Shown: positions 18,573 to 28,639, numbered from the stretch's first letter. The stretch: DNA of 64,000 bases from an uncultured Caulobacteraceae bacterium (GCA_964243985.1 CAXTHJ010000004.1:26066-90065), one strand, 5' to 3'. Numbers and translations are program-made. The notes: generated by a model from the letters alone, not told the origin.

Positions 18573-21026
18573 TTAGTAAAGCCCCTTTAGATCGTCGGGC
18601 GCCTTCTTCGGTGGGGCGGGCGGCAGGCCGGCGGCGGGCAAGAGGGGCTTGCCGTTGGGGTCCAAAGGCAGCTTCTCAAAGGGTAGCGGCGCGGTGGGCA
18701 GGCCGTTCGCGCCAATGGTGGGCGCCGCCGGGCCGGTGGGTTCGGTGCCGGGCTTGAACGCCTCGCGATGGCCGGCGATGGTGACGAATTTCACGTCCTT
18801 GGGCGCTTTGAAGTCGACGGACGGCGCGCCTTTCACCGCTTCACGCATGAAGTCGATGAAGATCGGCACAGCGGCCTGGGCGCCGGTCTCCGCCGCCCCG
18901 AGCGGCCGGTTGTCGTCAAAGCCCACGAAGACCCCGGCAACGAGATTGGGCGAAAAGCCCACGAACCAGGCCGACCGGGATTCATTGGTGGTGCCGGTTT
19001 TGCCGGCCAGGGGGTTTTTGATGGCGGCGCCCACCGCCGCACCCGTGCCGTTCTGCACCACGCCTTGCAGCATGAGGGTGATCTGATAGGCGGTGATGGG
19101 GTCCATCACCTGTGTCCCCTCCGAGGGAATGCGGGGGCTTTCCTGACCGTTGAAGGGATCGCCGCAATGGGCGCAGTCGCGCTTGTCCGCTTTCAGGATT
19201 GTGGCGCCGGCGCGATCCTGCACCTCCTCGATCAGGTGCGGCTCGATGCGGAACCCGCCGTTGGGGAACATGGAATAGCCGTTCACGAGATTGAGCGGCG
19301 TCACTTCGCCCGCGCCGATAGCCATGGCGAGCTCCGGCGGCATGGATTTCACCAGGCCGTACTTCACCGCATTGGCCGCGATCTTCTTCATCCCGACCTT
19401 CATGGCGATGTGCAGCGTCATCAGATTAAGGGAGTGGACCAGCCCCTGGCGCATCGGGCCGGGGCCGAAGCTTTCGTGCTTGTAGTTCTCAGGCTCATAG
19501 ACCTTGCCGTCGCCGCCGGAGACGGAGATGGGCGCGTCGGAGACGATAGTGGCGGGGGTGAAGCCGTTCTCCAGCGCCGTGGCGTAGACGAAGGGCTTGA
19601 AGGACGACCCAGGCTGGCGCTGCGCCTGGGTGGCGCGATTGAACTTGGAGAGGGAGAAGGAATAGCCGCCCACCATGGCCAGCACCCGGCCGGAGTGCGG
19701 CTCCAGCGCGACGATGGCGCCGTTGACGATGGGCACCTGGCGGAGGCCATAGAGCTTTCCGCCGTCCTCCGGCTCGACGAAGATCAGATCGCCGACGTTC
19801 AGGCCCTTGCCGGCCTTGGCCCAGGCGACGTCCTTGGGATCGAGTTCGCCTGCGCCGCCGGAGGGCAGGATCACATGCACCTCGCCCGCGCTGCGATCCA
19901 CCGCCGCAGCGCGCCAGTCTCGTCGTTCGGCTGGGGTGGACTTTGCGGCGGCCAATTTCTCCCACCCCGGCGCCAGCTCCACATGGCCCCAGGCGCCGCG
20001 CCAGCCGTGACGATGATCGTAGGCTTCAAGGCCCTTCATCAGGGCGATGCGGGCGGCGGTCTGCAGACGGGCATCGAGGGTGGTGCGGATATAGAGGCCG
20101 CCGTTGTCCGCCTTGTCGCCCAATGTGCCGGCGGCCCGCAGGCGCGTCTCTTCCAGGAAATAATCGGCGTCCTTGTAGTGGGTGCGTTCGGGCGTCGTTT
20201 GCACGGTCAGGTCTTCGTGCATGGCCGCTTCGCCCTGCGCGCGGGTCACCGCGCCCATGGCCACCATCTCGTTGATGATCCAGTTGCGGCGGCCTATGGC
20301 GGCGGTGCGGTGGCGGATGGGGTGGTAGTTGTCCGGCCCCTTGGGCAAGGCTGCGAGATAGGCCATCTGCGCCAGATCGAGGTCGTTCAGCGACTTGCCG
20401 AAATAGTTGAACGCGGCGGCGGCGACGCCATAGGAGCGATAGCCGAGCCAGATTTCGTTCAGATAGAGCTCCAGGATGCGCTCCTTCGGCAACGTCTGCT
20501 CCAGCCGCCGGGCCAGGATCGCTTCCTTGATTTTGCGGCCGAAGGTCTGGTCGTTGGAAAGGAGGACGTTCTTGGCCACCTGCTGGGTGATGGTGGAGCC
20601 GCCTTGCAGCTTCTTGCCCCGCGCCAGGCTGAGCAGGTCCTTGGTCATGGCCCGGCCGATGCCGGAGACGTCGATGCCGCCGTGTTCGAAGAACTTGCGG
20701 TCCTCCGCCGCCAGAAAGGCCTTCACCTGCAAAGGCGGGATCTGGTCGTAGGGCACGAAGATGCGCCGCTCCTTGCCGAACTCGCCGATCAGGGTGCCGT
20801 CCGCCGCATAGACCCGGGTGGAGGTGGGGGGGCGGTATTCGGCCAGCTGCGAGGCGTCAGGCAGATCATGGAACAGCCACGCCGCGTAGATCGCCAGCGC
20901 GAAACCGGCCACCGCGACCAGGCTCAGCGCGGCCACGCCGGCTATGGCGAGCCAGCGTCCGGCGGATTGGGCGGTGAGCTTCTGCATCTTGCGGCAGACC
21001 AATGACGCGGCCACGGTGGACGTCAA
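18573..21026 (-). CDS. mrcA: Penicillin-binding protein 1A (bifunctional transglycosylase/transpeptidase)
   Basis: GT51 motifs AAEDRKFFEHGGID and GGSTITQQVAKN; transpeptidase motifs GSSFKPF and AGKTGTTNE. 817 aa with an N-terminal membrane anchor. Confidence 0.92.
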   Translation of the reverse strand: MTSTVAASLVCRKMQKLTAQSAGRWLAIAGVAALSLVAVAGFALAIYAAWLFHDLPDASQLAEYRPPTSTRVYAADGTLIGEFGKERRIFVPYDQIPPLQVKAFLAAEDRKFFEHGGIDVSGIGRAMTKDLLSLARGKKLQGGSTITQQVAKNVLLSNDQTFGRKIKEAILARRLEQTLPKERILELYLNEIWLGYRSYGVAAAAFNYFGKSLNDLDLAQMAYLAALPKGPDNYHPIRHRTAAIGRRNWIINEMVAMGAVTRAQGEAAMHEDLTVQTTPERTHYKDADYFLEETRLRAAGTLGDKADNGGLYIRTTLDARLQTAARIALMKGLEAYDHRHGWRGAWGHVELAPGWEKLAAAKSTPAERRDWRAAAVDRSAGEVHVILPSGGAGELDPKDVAWAKAGKGLNVGDLIFVEPEDGGKLYGLRQVPIVNGAIVALEPHSGRVLAMVGGYSFSLSKFNRATQAQRQPGSSFKPFVYATALENGFTPATIVSDAPISVSGGDGKVYEPENYKHESFGPGPMRQGLVHSLNLMTLHIAMKVGMKKIAANAVKYGLVKSMPPELAMAIGAGEVTPLNLVNGYSMFPNGGFRIEPHLIEEVQDRAGATILKADKRDCAHCGDPFNGQESPRIPSEGTQVMDPITAYQITLMLQGVVQNGTGAAVGAAIKNPLAGKTGTTNESRSAWFVGFSPNLVAGVFVGFDDNRPLGAAETGAQAAVPIFIDFMREAVKGAPSVDFKAPKDVKFVTIAGHREAFKPGTEPTGPAAPTIGANGLPTAPLPFEKLPLDPNGKPLLPAAGLPPAPPKKAPDDLKGLY

Positions 21027-21068
21027 GCCGCTTCGTGCCCCTGCGGAACTCAGCCGCAGGCTGCGGAG

Positions 21069-22382
21069 TCACCGCATGGCGTAGCGGGCTTCCTGGGCGA
21101 AGTAGGCGTCGATGGCGTCGCCGACCGCGTTCATCACCTTGGCGCGGTGGTCATCGTCAGCCAAGGCGCGTTCGTCGTCGGGATTGGTCATAAAGCCCAT
21201 TTCCATCAGAACAGCCGGGACGTCCGGCGCCAGCAACACCATCAGGTTGGCGTCGCGGTGGCTGCGGCGAAGCAGCGTGGTGGCGCTGCCGATCTTGTCC
21301 AGCAGGATTTCGGCGAAGGTGGAGGAGCGGTTGACGTTCTGGCGCTGGGTCAGGTCCAGCAGGATGCGCTTGGTGGCCGAGTCGTCGCCGGGCAGGCTCA
21401 CGTTCATGAACCAGTCCGACTTGCCGAACAGGCCTTTGGCGGTGCGGTCCGTCCCGCGCTCAGAGAGGGTGTAGACCGAGGCGCCCCTAGTATCCAATCC
21501 CTGCGCTCCCGCCGAATCGGCGTGTAGTGAGATGAAGAGGTCGGCGTTGGCCCGCCGGGCGATCTGCACCCGCGTCTCCAGGGGGATGAAGGCGTCGGTG
21601 TCCCGCGTCATCACCACCTTGTAACGGCCGGAGCGCTCCAGCCGGTCGCGCAGGGCGTGGGCGGCGGCGAGGGTGTCGTCCTTCTCCTTGGTGGAGGCGC
21701 CGAGCGCGCCGGAATCCTTGCCCCCATGCCCGGCGTCGATCACCACCACCTTCTTGCCTTGAGGCGGCAGACGCACCTGCGGGTCGTCGGCGATGGCGGC
21801 GGTCTTGGCCAGGATGGTCTTGGTCTCTGCGGCCTTCTCGACAGGCGTCGGCGGCGCCGTATCGCTGCTGTCGAGGTCGATGACGTAGCGATAGACATTC
21901 AGCCCGTCCCCCGGCGGCAGCAGGAAACGGCGCTTGACCACCGCGTCGCGCCGAAGCTCGAACTTGATCCGCGTGGCGCCGGCGGCGCTATCCACCGCCC
22001 AAGCTTTTACGAAACCTTCGCCCTGGCCGGACATCTCGCCGGCGGTGTCCACGTGCGGCAGGGCCAGCACCACATCCTTGGAGGCTTCGGCCGCCGAGAC
22101 CAGCTTGCCCGAAGCGGCCTTGTCCAGCTCGATCACCACGCGCGCCGCATGACTGTCCCCGCCGACCCGCACCTTCAGGAGGTTGGCGCCGGGCGTGCTC
22201 TCCGCCACCGCAACGCCGGCGGCCGCCAAGCCACACACAACCGCGAGGGCCAGCGTGAGCCGGACGATCGGGCGGCGCAAAAAGGCGGGCGGCGTGGGCA
22301 GGCGCAAGGAACGGCTCGGAAACGAAGGGCTCTGGCGATCCGCTAGGATATGGACGGTCTGTGTAGACAAACCCTTAAGCAT
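21069..22382 (-). CDS. N-acetylmuramoyl-L-alanine amidase (AmiC type: AMIN-like N-domain plus Amidase_3)
   Basis: Signal/TM segment (RLTLALAVVCGLAAAGVAVA), AMIN-like LKVRVGGDSHAARVVIELDK, catalytic domain VVVIDAGHGGKDSGALG .. LFISLHADS .. MEMGFMTNPDDE. Start placed at ATG 22382; the track ORF (to 22925) adds about 180 aa that overlap the divergent AraC gene. Confidence 0.85.
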   Translation of the reverse strand: MLKGLSTQTVHILADRQSPSFPSRSLRLPTPPAFLRRPIVRLTLALAVVCGLAAAGVAVAESTPGANLLKVRVGGDSHAARVVIELDKAASGKLVSAAEASKDVVLALPHVDTAGEMSGQGEGFVKAWAVDSAAGATRIKFELRRDAVVKRRFLLPPGDGLNVYRYVIDLDSSDTAPPTPVEKAAETKTILAKTAAIADDPQVRLPPQGKKVVVIDAGHGGKDSGALGASTKEKDDTLAAAHALRDRLERSGRYKVVMTRDTDAFIPLETRVQIARRANADLFISLHADSAGAQGLDTRGASVYTLSERGTDRTAKGLFGKSDWFMNVSLPGDDSATKRILLDLTQRQNVNRSSTFAEILLDKIGSATTLLRRSHRDANLMVLLAPDVPAVLMEMGFMTNPDDERALADDDHRAKVMNAVGDAIDAYFAQEARYAMR

Positions 22383-22529
22383 GATGAAGGGCGGAGGGTC
22401 GGCGGAAATATGATGATAGCTCCCCGCGCCCACTGCGACACGTTTCCGATTGGCTTCAGTCGAGCAAACGGCGCGGCGTGGCGGCCGGCAGCGCCATATC
22501 GGTTGAAAGGGGCGAAGACCTGTAACAAA

Positions 22530-23333
22530 TTGCGGCCATGCGGATCGAACAGCACGCGCCGGAACCCGCGGCTCCACGACGCCCTCGTCTGCTATCAGAC
22601 CCGAACCGCCGATCTGGTCGGACAAGAGGTTCGCATCCCCCTTCCGGCGCGCACCGATGTCATCTTGGAATTCTATTTTACGACGCCTCATTTGGTTGAA
22701 CTGCAGAAGACGGGCGAGCGAGACCGTGCGCCCTGGGCGGTGGCCGTTGGCATGCAGACCTTCAGGCGGGTCGATCTGGTCCTGTCGGGCCATCTGGACG
22801 TCTTCACCGTGCGACTTCGACCAACGGGCTTGAATCAGATTTTTGGGATGCCCATGACGGATTTCACCGACGCCGCGGTGGAGGCGGAGCATCTTTTCGG
22901 TCAGCGCCAGTCCGCAGAACTTCACGACCGCCTGTATGCCGCCTCTACCCTGACGGCGCGCGCCGCCGTCATGGACGACGTGTTGCTCGCGCGGCTAAAC
23001 CCTAGCCCCGCCAAATCCCTGGCGGCTGCGGCGCATCGTCTGCGATCGACCCATGGCGGCGCGTCCCTGCACGATCTCGAGCGGCAAAGCGGCTTGTCGG
23101 CCCGCCAATTCCGACGTGCGTTCAAGGCCGAGGTCGGCGCCGCGCCCAAGCTCTATGGTCGCATCGTCCGGCTGAACGCCGCGCTCGACGCTAAGGCGGC
23201 CGATCCCCTGATCTCATGGACCGAGATCGCCCACCAGTTCGGATGGTTCGATCAGGCGCACCTGGACAAGGACTTCATCGCCCTGACAGGGGCCAGTCCG
23301 ACCGATTTCGTGCGCCGCCGATTGGTCGCGTGA
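22530..23333 (+). CDS. AraC-family transcriptional regulator
   Basis: C-terminal HTH_18-type region (LERQSGLSARQFRRAFKAEVGAAPKLYGRIVRLNAA .. EIAHQFGWFDQAHLDKDFIALTGASPTDF). The start is uncertain: the track gives 22350, in-frame ATGs lie at 22410/22413, and TTG 22530 removes the overlap with the amidase gene. Confidence 0.7.
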   Translation: MRPCGSNSTRRNPRLHDALVCYQTRTADLVGQEVRIPLPARTDVILEFYFTTPHLVELQKTGERDRAPWAVAVGMQTFRRVDLVLSGHLDVFTVRLRPTGLNQIFGMPMTDFTDAAVEAEHLFGQRQSAELHDRLYAASTLTARAAVMDDVLLARLNPSPAKSLAAAAHRLRSTHGGASLHDLERQSGLSARQFRRAFKAEVGAAPKLYGRIVRLNAALDAKAADPLISWTEIAHQFGWFDQAHLDKDFIALTGASPTDFVRRRLVA

Positions 23334-23401
23334 TGGCCGTTCCTTACTAGCGGGGGAAGCGGCGGGGCTGGTAGGCGAAAAGTCCACAAGAGAGCCGTCC
23401 C

Positions 23402-23920
23402 ATGCGCCCTTTCATTCCGCCCGCCTTCGCCATTGCAGGAGCCCTGATCATGTCCAGCCCCGCCCTCGCCGCCCCTGCGCCTGACGCAGACGCCGCCGCC
23501 ATCGGGCAGGTGCTGGGCCATCTGACTGAAGCCTGGAACCGGCACGACATGGACGCATTCGTAGCCGAAACCACCCCCGACGTGGATTGGGTCAATGTGG
23601 TCGGCATGCATTGGAAAGGCCGCGACGCCGTACGCCGCGCGCACATCGCCTTTCACAAGGGCATGTTCGCGCAAAGCCGGATGCTGCCGCCAGAAATTTC
23701 CGAGATGCGGCGACTGGCTCCGAGCGTCGTGCTGGTGGTCTACAACAGCAAGATCGAAGGGGTCGGCCCGACGCCCGGCGGCACGCCCTATCCGACCGAC
23801 GGCGCGATCATGACCATGATCCTCGTCAAGACCGCCGAAGGCTGGCGGATCGCCCACGCACACAACACCAACATAAACGCCATGGCCGTCGCGCACGATC
23901 CGGCGCGGGCGCCCGACTAG
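23402..23920 (+). CDS. Secreted NTF2-like fold protein (SgcJ/EcaC / DUF4440-like)
   Basis: Signal peptide (AIAGALIMSSPALAAPA) followed by IGQVLGHLTEAWNRHDMDAFVAETTPDVDWVNVVGMHWKGRDAV.. and a C-terminal WRIAHAHNT, typical of SnoaL/SgcJ-type domains. Confidence 0.6.
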   Translation: MRPFIPPAFAIAGALIMSSPALAAPAPDADAAAIGQVLGHLTEAWNRHDMDAFVAETTPDVDWVNVVGMHWKGRDAVRRAHIAFHKGMFAQSRMLPPEISEMRRLAPSVVLVVYNSKIEGVGPTPGGTPYPTDGAIMTMILVKTAEGWRIAHAHNTNINAMAVAHDPARAPD

Positions 23921-24337
23921 GCTCCTTTAGACTTGGCGGCTTTCATCCAAAAAACGAACATCCAATAGGTCCGCTCAGAGGCTCCCGCCCCCTTCGACAG
24001 ACGATCTGAGCTGCTCCGCCCATCACGCGCCTTTCCTTTCCCGCGCTAATGTTGCAGACTCTCCCCGCGCGAAACGCGGCCGTTCGTTCGACTCAGAACC
24101 CTGGCCCGCAGCGCGCGCCGCGTCGGGTCGCTATATGCAGTCCGCGCAAAGCTTAGAATCGCGCCGTTCGGATCGTCCGGGCCGCGCGCAGGACCTTGAA
24201 ACCCATGGGCCGCGTCGCCGTCGCCTTCAATCGTCGTACCGAAGCGTGGACCCTTCCGCGCCACGACGCTTTGCGCCGGCCGCTCGCTCGATGCCGGCCC
24301 CCGAGACATGATCTCGGCGCGCGCCGTGGAGACTTTA

Positions 24338-27025
24338 ATGACCAAGAGAATGTTGATCGACGCCGCCCACGCGGAAGAAACTCGCGTCGTGGTGGTGGAC
24401 GGAACCCGGATTGAAGAACTCGATTTTGAAAGCCTCTCCAGAAAGCAGCTGAGAGGCAACATCTATCTGGCCAAGGTGACACGGGTCGAACCGTCGCTCC
24501 AGGCCGCCTTCATCGAGTACGGCGGGAACCGGCACGGCTTCCTCGCCTTCAACGAAATCCACCCCGACTACTACCAGATCCCGGTCGCAGACCGCGAAGC
24601 GCTGATGCGCGAAGAGGAAGAGGAGGAGGCCAAGCACCCCTCTGCCGAAGACGCCGCCGAAGCGGACGACGAAGACGCCATGGACGAGGCGGTGGAGCGC
24701 CGCCGCCGCCGCCTGATGCGCCGCTACAAGATCCAGGAAGTGATCAAGCGCCGCCAGATCATGCTGGTGCAGGTGGTGAAGGAAGAGCGCGGCAACAAAG
24801 GCGCGGCGCTGACCACCTATCTGTCGCTCGCCGGCCGCTACTGCGTCCTGATGCCCAACACCGCGCGGGGCGGCGGCATCAGCCGCAAGATCACCTCCAT
24901 GACGGACAGGAAGCGGCTGAAGTCCGCCGTGGCGTCGCTGGAGGTGCCCAAGGGCATGGGCCTGATTATCCGCACCGCCGGCGCCGCCCGCACCAAGGTG
25001 GAGATCAAGCGCGACTACGAATATCTGACCCGCCTCTGGGAAGACATCCGCGAGAAGACGATGTCCTCCATCGCACCCGCCTTGATCTACGAGGAAGAGG
25101 ACCTGGTCAAACGGGCGATCCGGGACATGTTCGACAAGGACCTGGAGACCATCCAGGTGGAAGGCGACGCCGGCTATAAGGACGCCCGCGACTTCATGCG
25201 GATGATCATGCCGTCGCAGGCCAAGAAGGTGGTGCACTACCGCGACCCGACGCCGCTGTTCGTCAAGTTCCAGGTCGAGGATCAGATCTCTCAGATTCAC
25301 TCCCCGACCGTGCAACTGAAGTCCGGCGGCTACATCGTCATCAACCAGACCGAGGCGCTGGTCGCCATCGACGTCAACTCCGGCCGCTCCACTCGCGAGC
25401 GGTCCGTCGAGATCACGGCGCTCAAGACCAATGTGGAGGCCGCCGAGGAAGCCGCCCGCCAGCTGCGCCTGCGCGATCTCGCCGGCCTGATCGTGATCGA
25501 CTTCATCGACATGGACGAGGGGAAGAATAACCGGCACGTCGAGAAGGTGCTGAAGGATGCCCTGAAAGACGACCGCGCCCGCATCCAGATGGGTAAGATT
25601 TCCGGTTTCGGCCTGATGGAGATCAGCCGCCAGCGCCGCCGCTCAGGCGTCCTGGAAGGCTCCACCCACATCTGCGAACATTGCCAAGGCACGGGCCGGG
25701 TGCGTTCTGTGGAGTCCAGCGCCGTTGCGGCTCTTCGGGCCATCGAGATGGAGTCCTCCAAGGGCGGGGCGGGCGAAATCACCGTGCGCCTGCCCACCGC
25801 CGTCGGCCTCTATATTCTCAACGAGAAGCGCGCCTATCTGGCGAACCTGGATGCCAGCTACGACCTGCACGTCTCGATCCTGATCGACGACAAGCTGGCG
25901 GCCGCCGACGTGGAGATCGAACGCACCCAAAGCCGCGAAGGGCCGGTGCGCGAACGGCCTGCGCCTGCCATCGAGCCGGACGAAGCTTGGACGCCGCCTG
26001 AAGATCAGGAGGACGACGAAGAAGAAGCTGAGGAAGACGCTGTCGAATTCGCTGCCGAAAGTCGCGAGAGCGAAGGCGGCCCTGACCGCAACAAGCGGCG
26101 TCGCCGACGCGGTGGCCGAGGCGGCGAAGAAGGCTTTGATCGCCCAGTCCGAGAAGCTTCCACCGATGGCGAAGCCGAAGATGAAGGCGGCGAGGACGGC
26201 GAAGGCGAGGCCAGTGAGGGCGAGGTCCCCCGTCTGGCAGGCGAAGACGAAGCTAGCCATCGTCGCCGCCGCCGTCGCCGCGGCCGTCGGGGTGGTCGGC
26301 GTCTTCGCGAAGAGGGCGCTCCGCGGAACGACGACGTCTACGCCTGGCATTCTCCTCATGGCGAGGTGACTGAACAAGCGCCGAGCGACCCTTATGCTTG
26401 GAGCCACATTAAGGCCGACAGCCAAGGTGGCGACGAGGCGCCAGAGAGCGGCGGTGGCGGCTATGGATCATCGTCGAGTTTAGAGCCCACGGGCGAGCGC
26501 AAACGCAGTCGCGGCCGCCGGCGCGGTCGGGGCGGCCGGGATCGCGATCGCGAGGATCGGACACCCTCCGCGCCGGAGACGGCGATCGCTCGCGAGGCGG
26601 AAGGCCCTTATGTCTGGACCGACACCTCCACGGACTTGGGCGCTTTCGCTGCGCCTGAGCCTACAGACGATCAGCCGATGGAAGCGCCGCTCGAAGTGGC
26701 CGCATCGGAAGTCCAGCCGGAAGCGCCGATCAAGAAGCCACGTCGCAGCCGGGCTAAAAAGGCGGATGAGGCGCCGGCAATCGACTTGGATGCTGTAACG
26801 GCTGAACCGGTTTCGGTGGTCGCGTCCTCAGAGGTGGCGTCCTATCCTGAGCCGGTTATGGAACCCTCGTCGTCCCTAGCGCCCGAGCCGCTCGCCGCGC
26901 CGGAACTGGTGGCGTCGTATCCAGAACCCGAGGTGGCGCCGCTTGCGCCGGATGAACCCGATCCGGCGGAAATCACGGCTCCGCCCGCGGCCCCGCGTCG
27001 CGGCTGGTGGCGCCGCCTCGTCTAA
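24338..27025 (+). CDS. rne: Ribonuclease E
   Basis: MTKRMLIDAAHAEETRVVVVDG.., S1 domain GNIYLAKVTRVEPSLQAAFIEYG with an acidic/Arg insertion, catalytic core (LVAIDVNSGRST), Zn-link CEHCQGTG, then about 400 aa of acidic and Arg-rich low complexity ending PRRGWWRRLV. Start set at ATG 24338. Confidence 0.95.
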   Translation: MTKRMLIDAAHAEETRVVVVDGTRIEELDFESLSRKQLRGNIYLAKVTRVEPSLQAAFIEYGGNRHGFLAFNEIHPDYYQIPVADREALMREEEEEEAKHPSAEDAAEADDEDAMDEAVERRRRRLMRRYKIQEVIKRRQIMLVQVVKEERGNKGAALTTYLSLAGRYCVLMPNTARGGGISRKITSMTDRKRLKSAVASLEVPKGMGLIIRTAGAARTKVEIKRDYEYLTRLWEDIREKTMSSIAPALIYEEEDLVKRAIRDMFDKDLETIQVEGDAGYKDARDFMRMIMPSQAKKVVHYRDPTPLFVKFQVEDQISQIHSPTVQLKSGGYIVINQTEALVAIDVNSGRSTRERSVEITALKTNVEAAEEAARQLRLRDLAGLIVIDFIDMDEGKNNRHVEKVLKDALKDDRARIQMGKISGFGLMEISRQRRRSGVLEGSTHICEHCQGTGRVRSVESSAVAALRAIEMESSKGGAGEITVRLPTAVGLYILNEKRAYLANLDASYDLHVSILIDDKLAAADVEIERTQSREGPVRERPAPAIEPDEAWTPPEDQEDDEEEAEEDAVEFAAESRESEGGPDRNKRRRRRGGRGGEEGFDRPVREASTDGEAEDEGGEDGEGEASEGEVPRLAGEDEASHRRRRRRRGRRGGRRLREEGAPRNDDVYAWHSPHGEVTEQAPSDPYAWSHIKADSQGGDEAPESGGGGYGSSSSLEPTGERKRSRGRRRGRGGRDRDREDRTPSAPETAIAREAEGPYVWTDTSTDLGAFAAPEPTDDQPMEAPLEVAASEVQPEAPIKKPRRSRAKKADEAPAIDLDAVTAEPVSVVASSEVASYPEPVMEPSSSLAPEPLAAPELVASYPEPEVAPLAPDEPDPAEITAPPAAPRRGWWRRLV

Positions 27026-27091
27026 GTCGCTAAAGCGGGTGTTGGGGACGCGATGACTTTGCGTTTGGGGCGGGGCGAAGGAGCGCGGTTA

Positions 27092-28522
27092 ATGCAATCC
27101 CGACCTAGCCTTGCGACGAGAGGGTTCGGCGCCGCGCGCCGGACCGTGCTGGCCCTGGCGGCCCTCTCCACCGTGGCGACCGGCCCAATCTCGGCCGTAC
27201 ACGCCCAAAACACCGCCGCCGCAGCCGGCGCTATTCCTGGCCAAATCCGCGATACCGAGATCGAAGATATTCTGCATAAGGAATGCGATCCGGTGTTCGC
27301 CGCTGCGGGTTTGGACCCCAGGCATATGCAGCTTGACCTCTATCAGGGGGAGATGAACGCCTTCACGGTGTCCGCCAATGAGGAGGCCATCGCCACCGAT
27401 CTGATCTTCAAGACCGAGACGCCCAACCAGATCATCGGCGTTATGGCCCACGAGACCGGCCACGCCGCCGGCGGTCACATCGAGCGCTCCGGTGAGATGG
27501 AGAAGGCGGGCATGGTGCCCTTCCTCCTGACCCTTGGCCTCGGCGTGCTTGCCGCCGCCGCCGGCGCGCCGGAGGCGGGCGCGGCGTTGGCGTCATCGGC
27601 GGGCATGTTCGGCACCCTCGGCGCCCTTGGCTACTCCCGTCAGCAGGAGGCGCGGGCCGACCAGGCGGCGATTACCTATCTGAACCGCGCTCATCAGTCC
27701 TCTAAGGGCGTGGTCGATTTCTTCGACGCTTTCCGCTACGAGGAGGTGTTCGACGAAGCCCGCCGCTTCCCTTATTTTCAGTCCCACCCGATTAGCTCCG
27801 AACGGATTGAACTGCTCCGCCGCCGCGCCGAGGAGCAGCCGGACTATGACAAGCCCGACAGCGTCGAAGCGATCGCCGACTACAACATCATGAAGGCCAA
27901 GTTGTTCGGCTTCATTCAGCCGCCACAGCAGACCTTCATGACCTACAAGGAGACCGATGCCTCCTTCCCCGCCCGCTACGCTCGCGCCATCGCCTATTAC
28001 AAGGAGACGGAGACGGACACGGCGATCCGCCTGATCGACGGCATGATCAAGGACTATCCAGACAACCCTTATCTATGGGAGCTGAAAGGCCAGGTGTTGT
28101 TCGAAGCCGGTCGCGCCAAGGAGGCGGAGCCCGCCCACCGCCGCTCGGTCGAGCTGAAGCCCAATGCGCCGTTGCTGCAGATCAACCTCGCTCAAACCAT
28201 ATTGGCGCAGGAGGACGGCAAACGGGCGGACGAAGCTATCGGCCATTTGCGCAAAGCGCTGAACGTCGAGAAGGACAACGCTATCGCTTGGGAAGACATG
28301 GCTCGGGCTTATGACGCCAAGGGCGATGGCGGCGATGCACGCCTGGCCTCCGCCGAAGCCAGCTATGCTGTGGGCGATATGACCCGCGCCCGCATCTTCG
28401 CCCTCCGCGCCCGCCAGATCCTGAAGCAGAACACCCCCGAATGGCGGCGCGCTACCGACATTGTGCTTACCTCAAACCCGTCGCGTGACGATCTGAAGGC
28501 CATGACCGGCTCGGGTCTGTAA
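27092..28522 (+). CDS. M48-family zinc metalloprotease with C-terminal TPR repeats (BepA-like)
   Basis: HExxH site MAHETGHAAGGH and a TPR-like C-terminal half. ATG 27092 is preceded by AAGGAG at suitable spacing; the track ORF starts at 27053. Confidence 0.8.
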   Translation: MQSRPSLATRGFGAARRTVLALAALSTVATGPISAVHAQNTAAAAGAIPGQIRDTEIEDILHKECDPVFAAAGLDPRHMQLDLYQGEMNAFTVSANEEAIATDLIFKTETPNQIIGVMAHETGHAAGGHIERSGEMEKAGMVPFLLTLGLGVLAAAAGAPEAGAALASSAGMFGTLGALGYSRQQEARADQAAITYLNRAHQSSKGVVDFFDAFRYEEVFDEARRFPYFQSHPISSERIELLRRRAEEQPDYDKPDSVEAIADYNIMKAKLFGFIQPPQQTFMTYKETDASFPARYARAIAYYKETETDTAIRLIDGMIKDYPDNPYLWELKGQVLFEAGRAKEAEPAHRRSVELKPNAPLLQINLAQTILAQEDGKRADEAIGHLRKALNVEKDNAIAWEDMARAYDAKGDGGDARLASAEASYAVGDMTRARIFALRARQILKQNTPEWRRATDIVLTSNPSRDDLKAMTGSGL

Positions 28523-28639
28523 CATCGTTAACTCGTCGGTCGCTGGGGGAAGGACTTTTCCCCGCGCCGGTTAGTCTCATTGACGGCGCACCGATGTCAC
28601 CGCAGATGGCGTAAAGTCTTCAGCCAGGTTCAAACGTCC

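Noticed and set aside
22383-22925. About 180-aa N-terminal extension of the amidase ORF (21069..22925)
   Set aside because: It has no homology-like features and overlaps the divergent AraC gene. The signal peptide and AMIN domain begin right after the internal ATG at 22382.
23252-23896. 214-aa minus-strand ORF, plus nested ORFs 23347..23646, 23587..24009 and 23595..23813
   Set aside because: They are antisense or out of frame relative to the NTF2-like gene, which has a signal peptide and a coherent domain. The composition is artefact-like.
28545-28563. Hairpin GGGGAA-GGACTT-TTCCCC after the M48 protease gene as an intrinsic terminator
   Set aside because: The stem is short (6 bp) and no T-tract follows. 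It is too weak to call.
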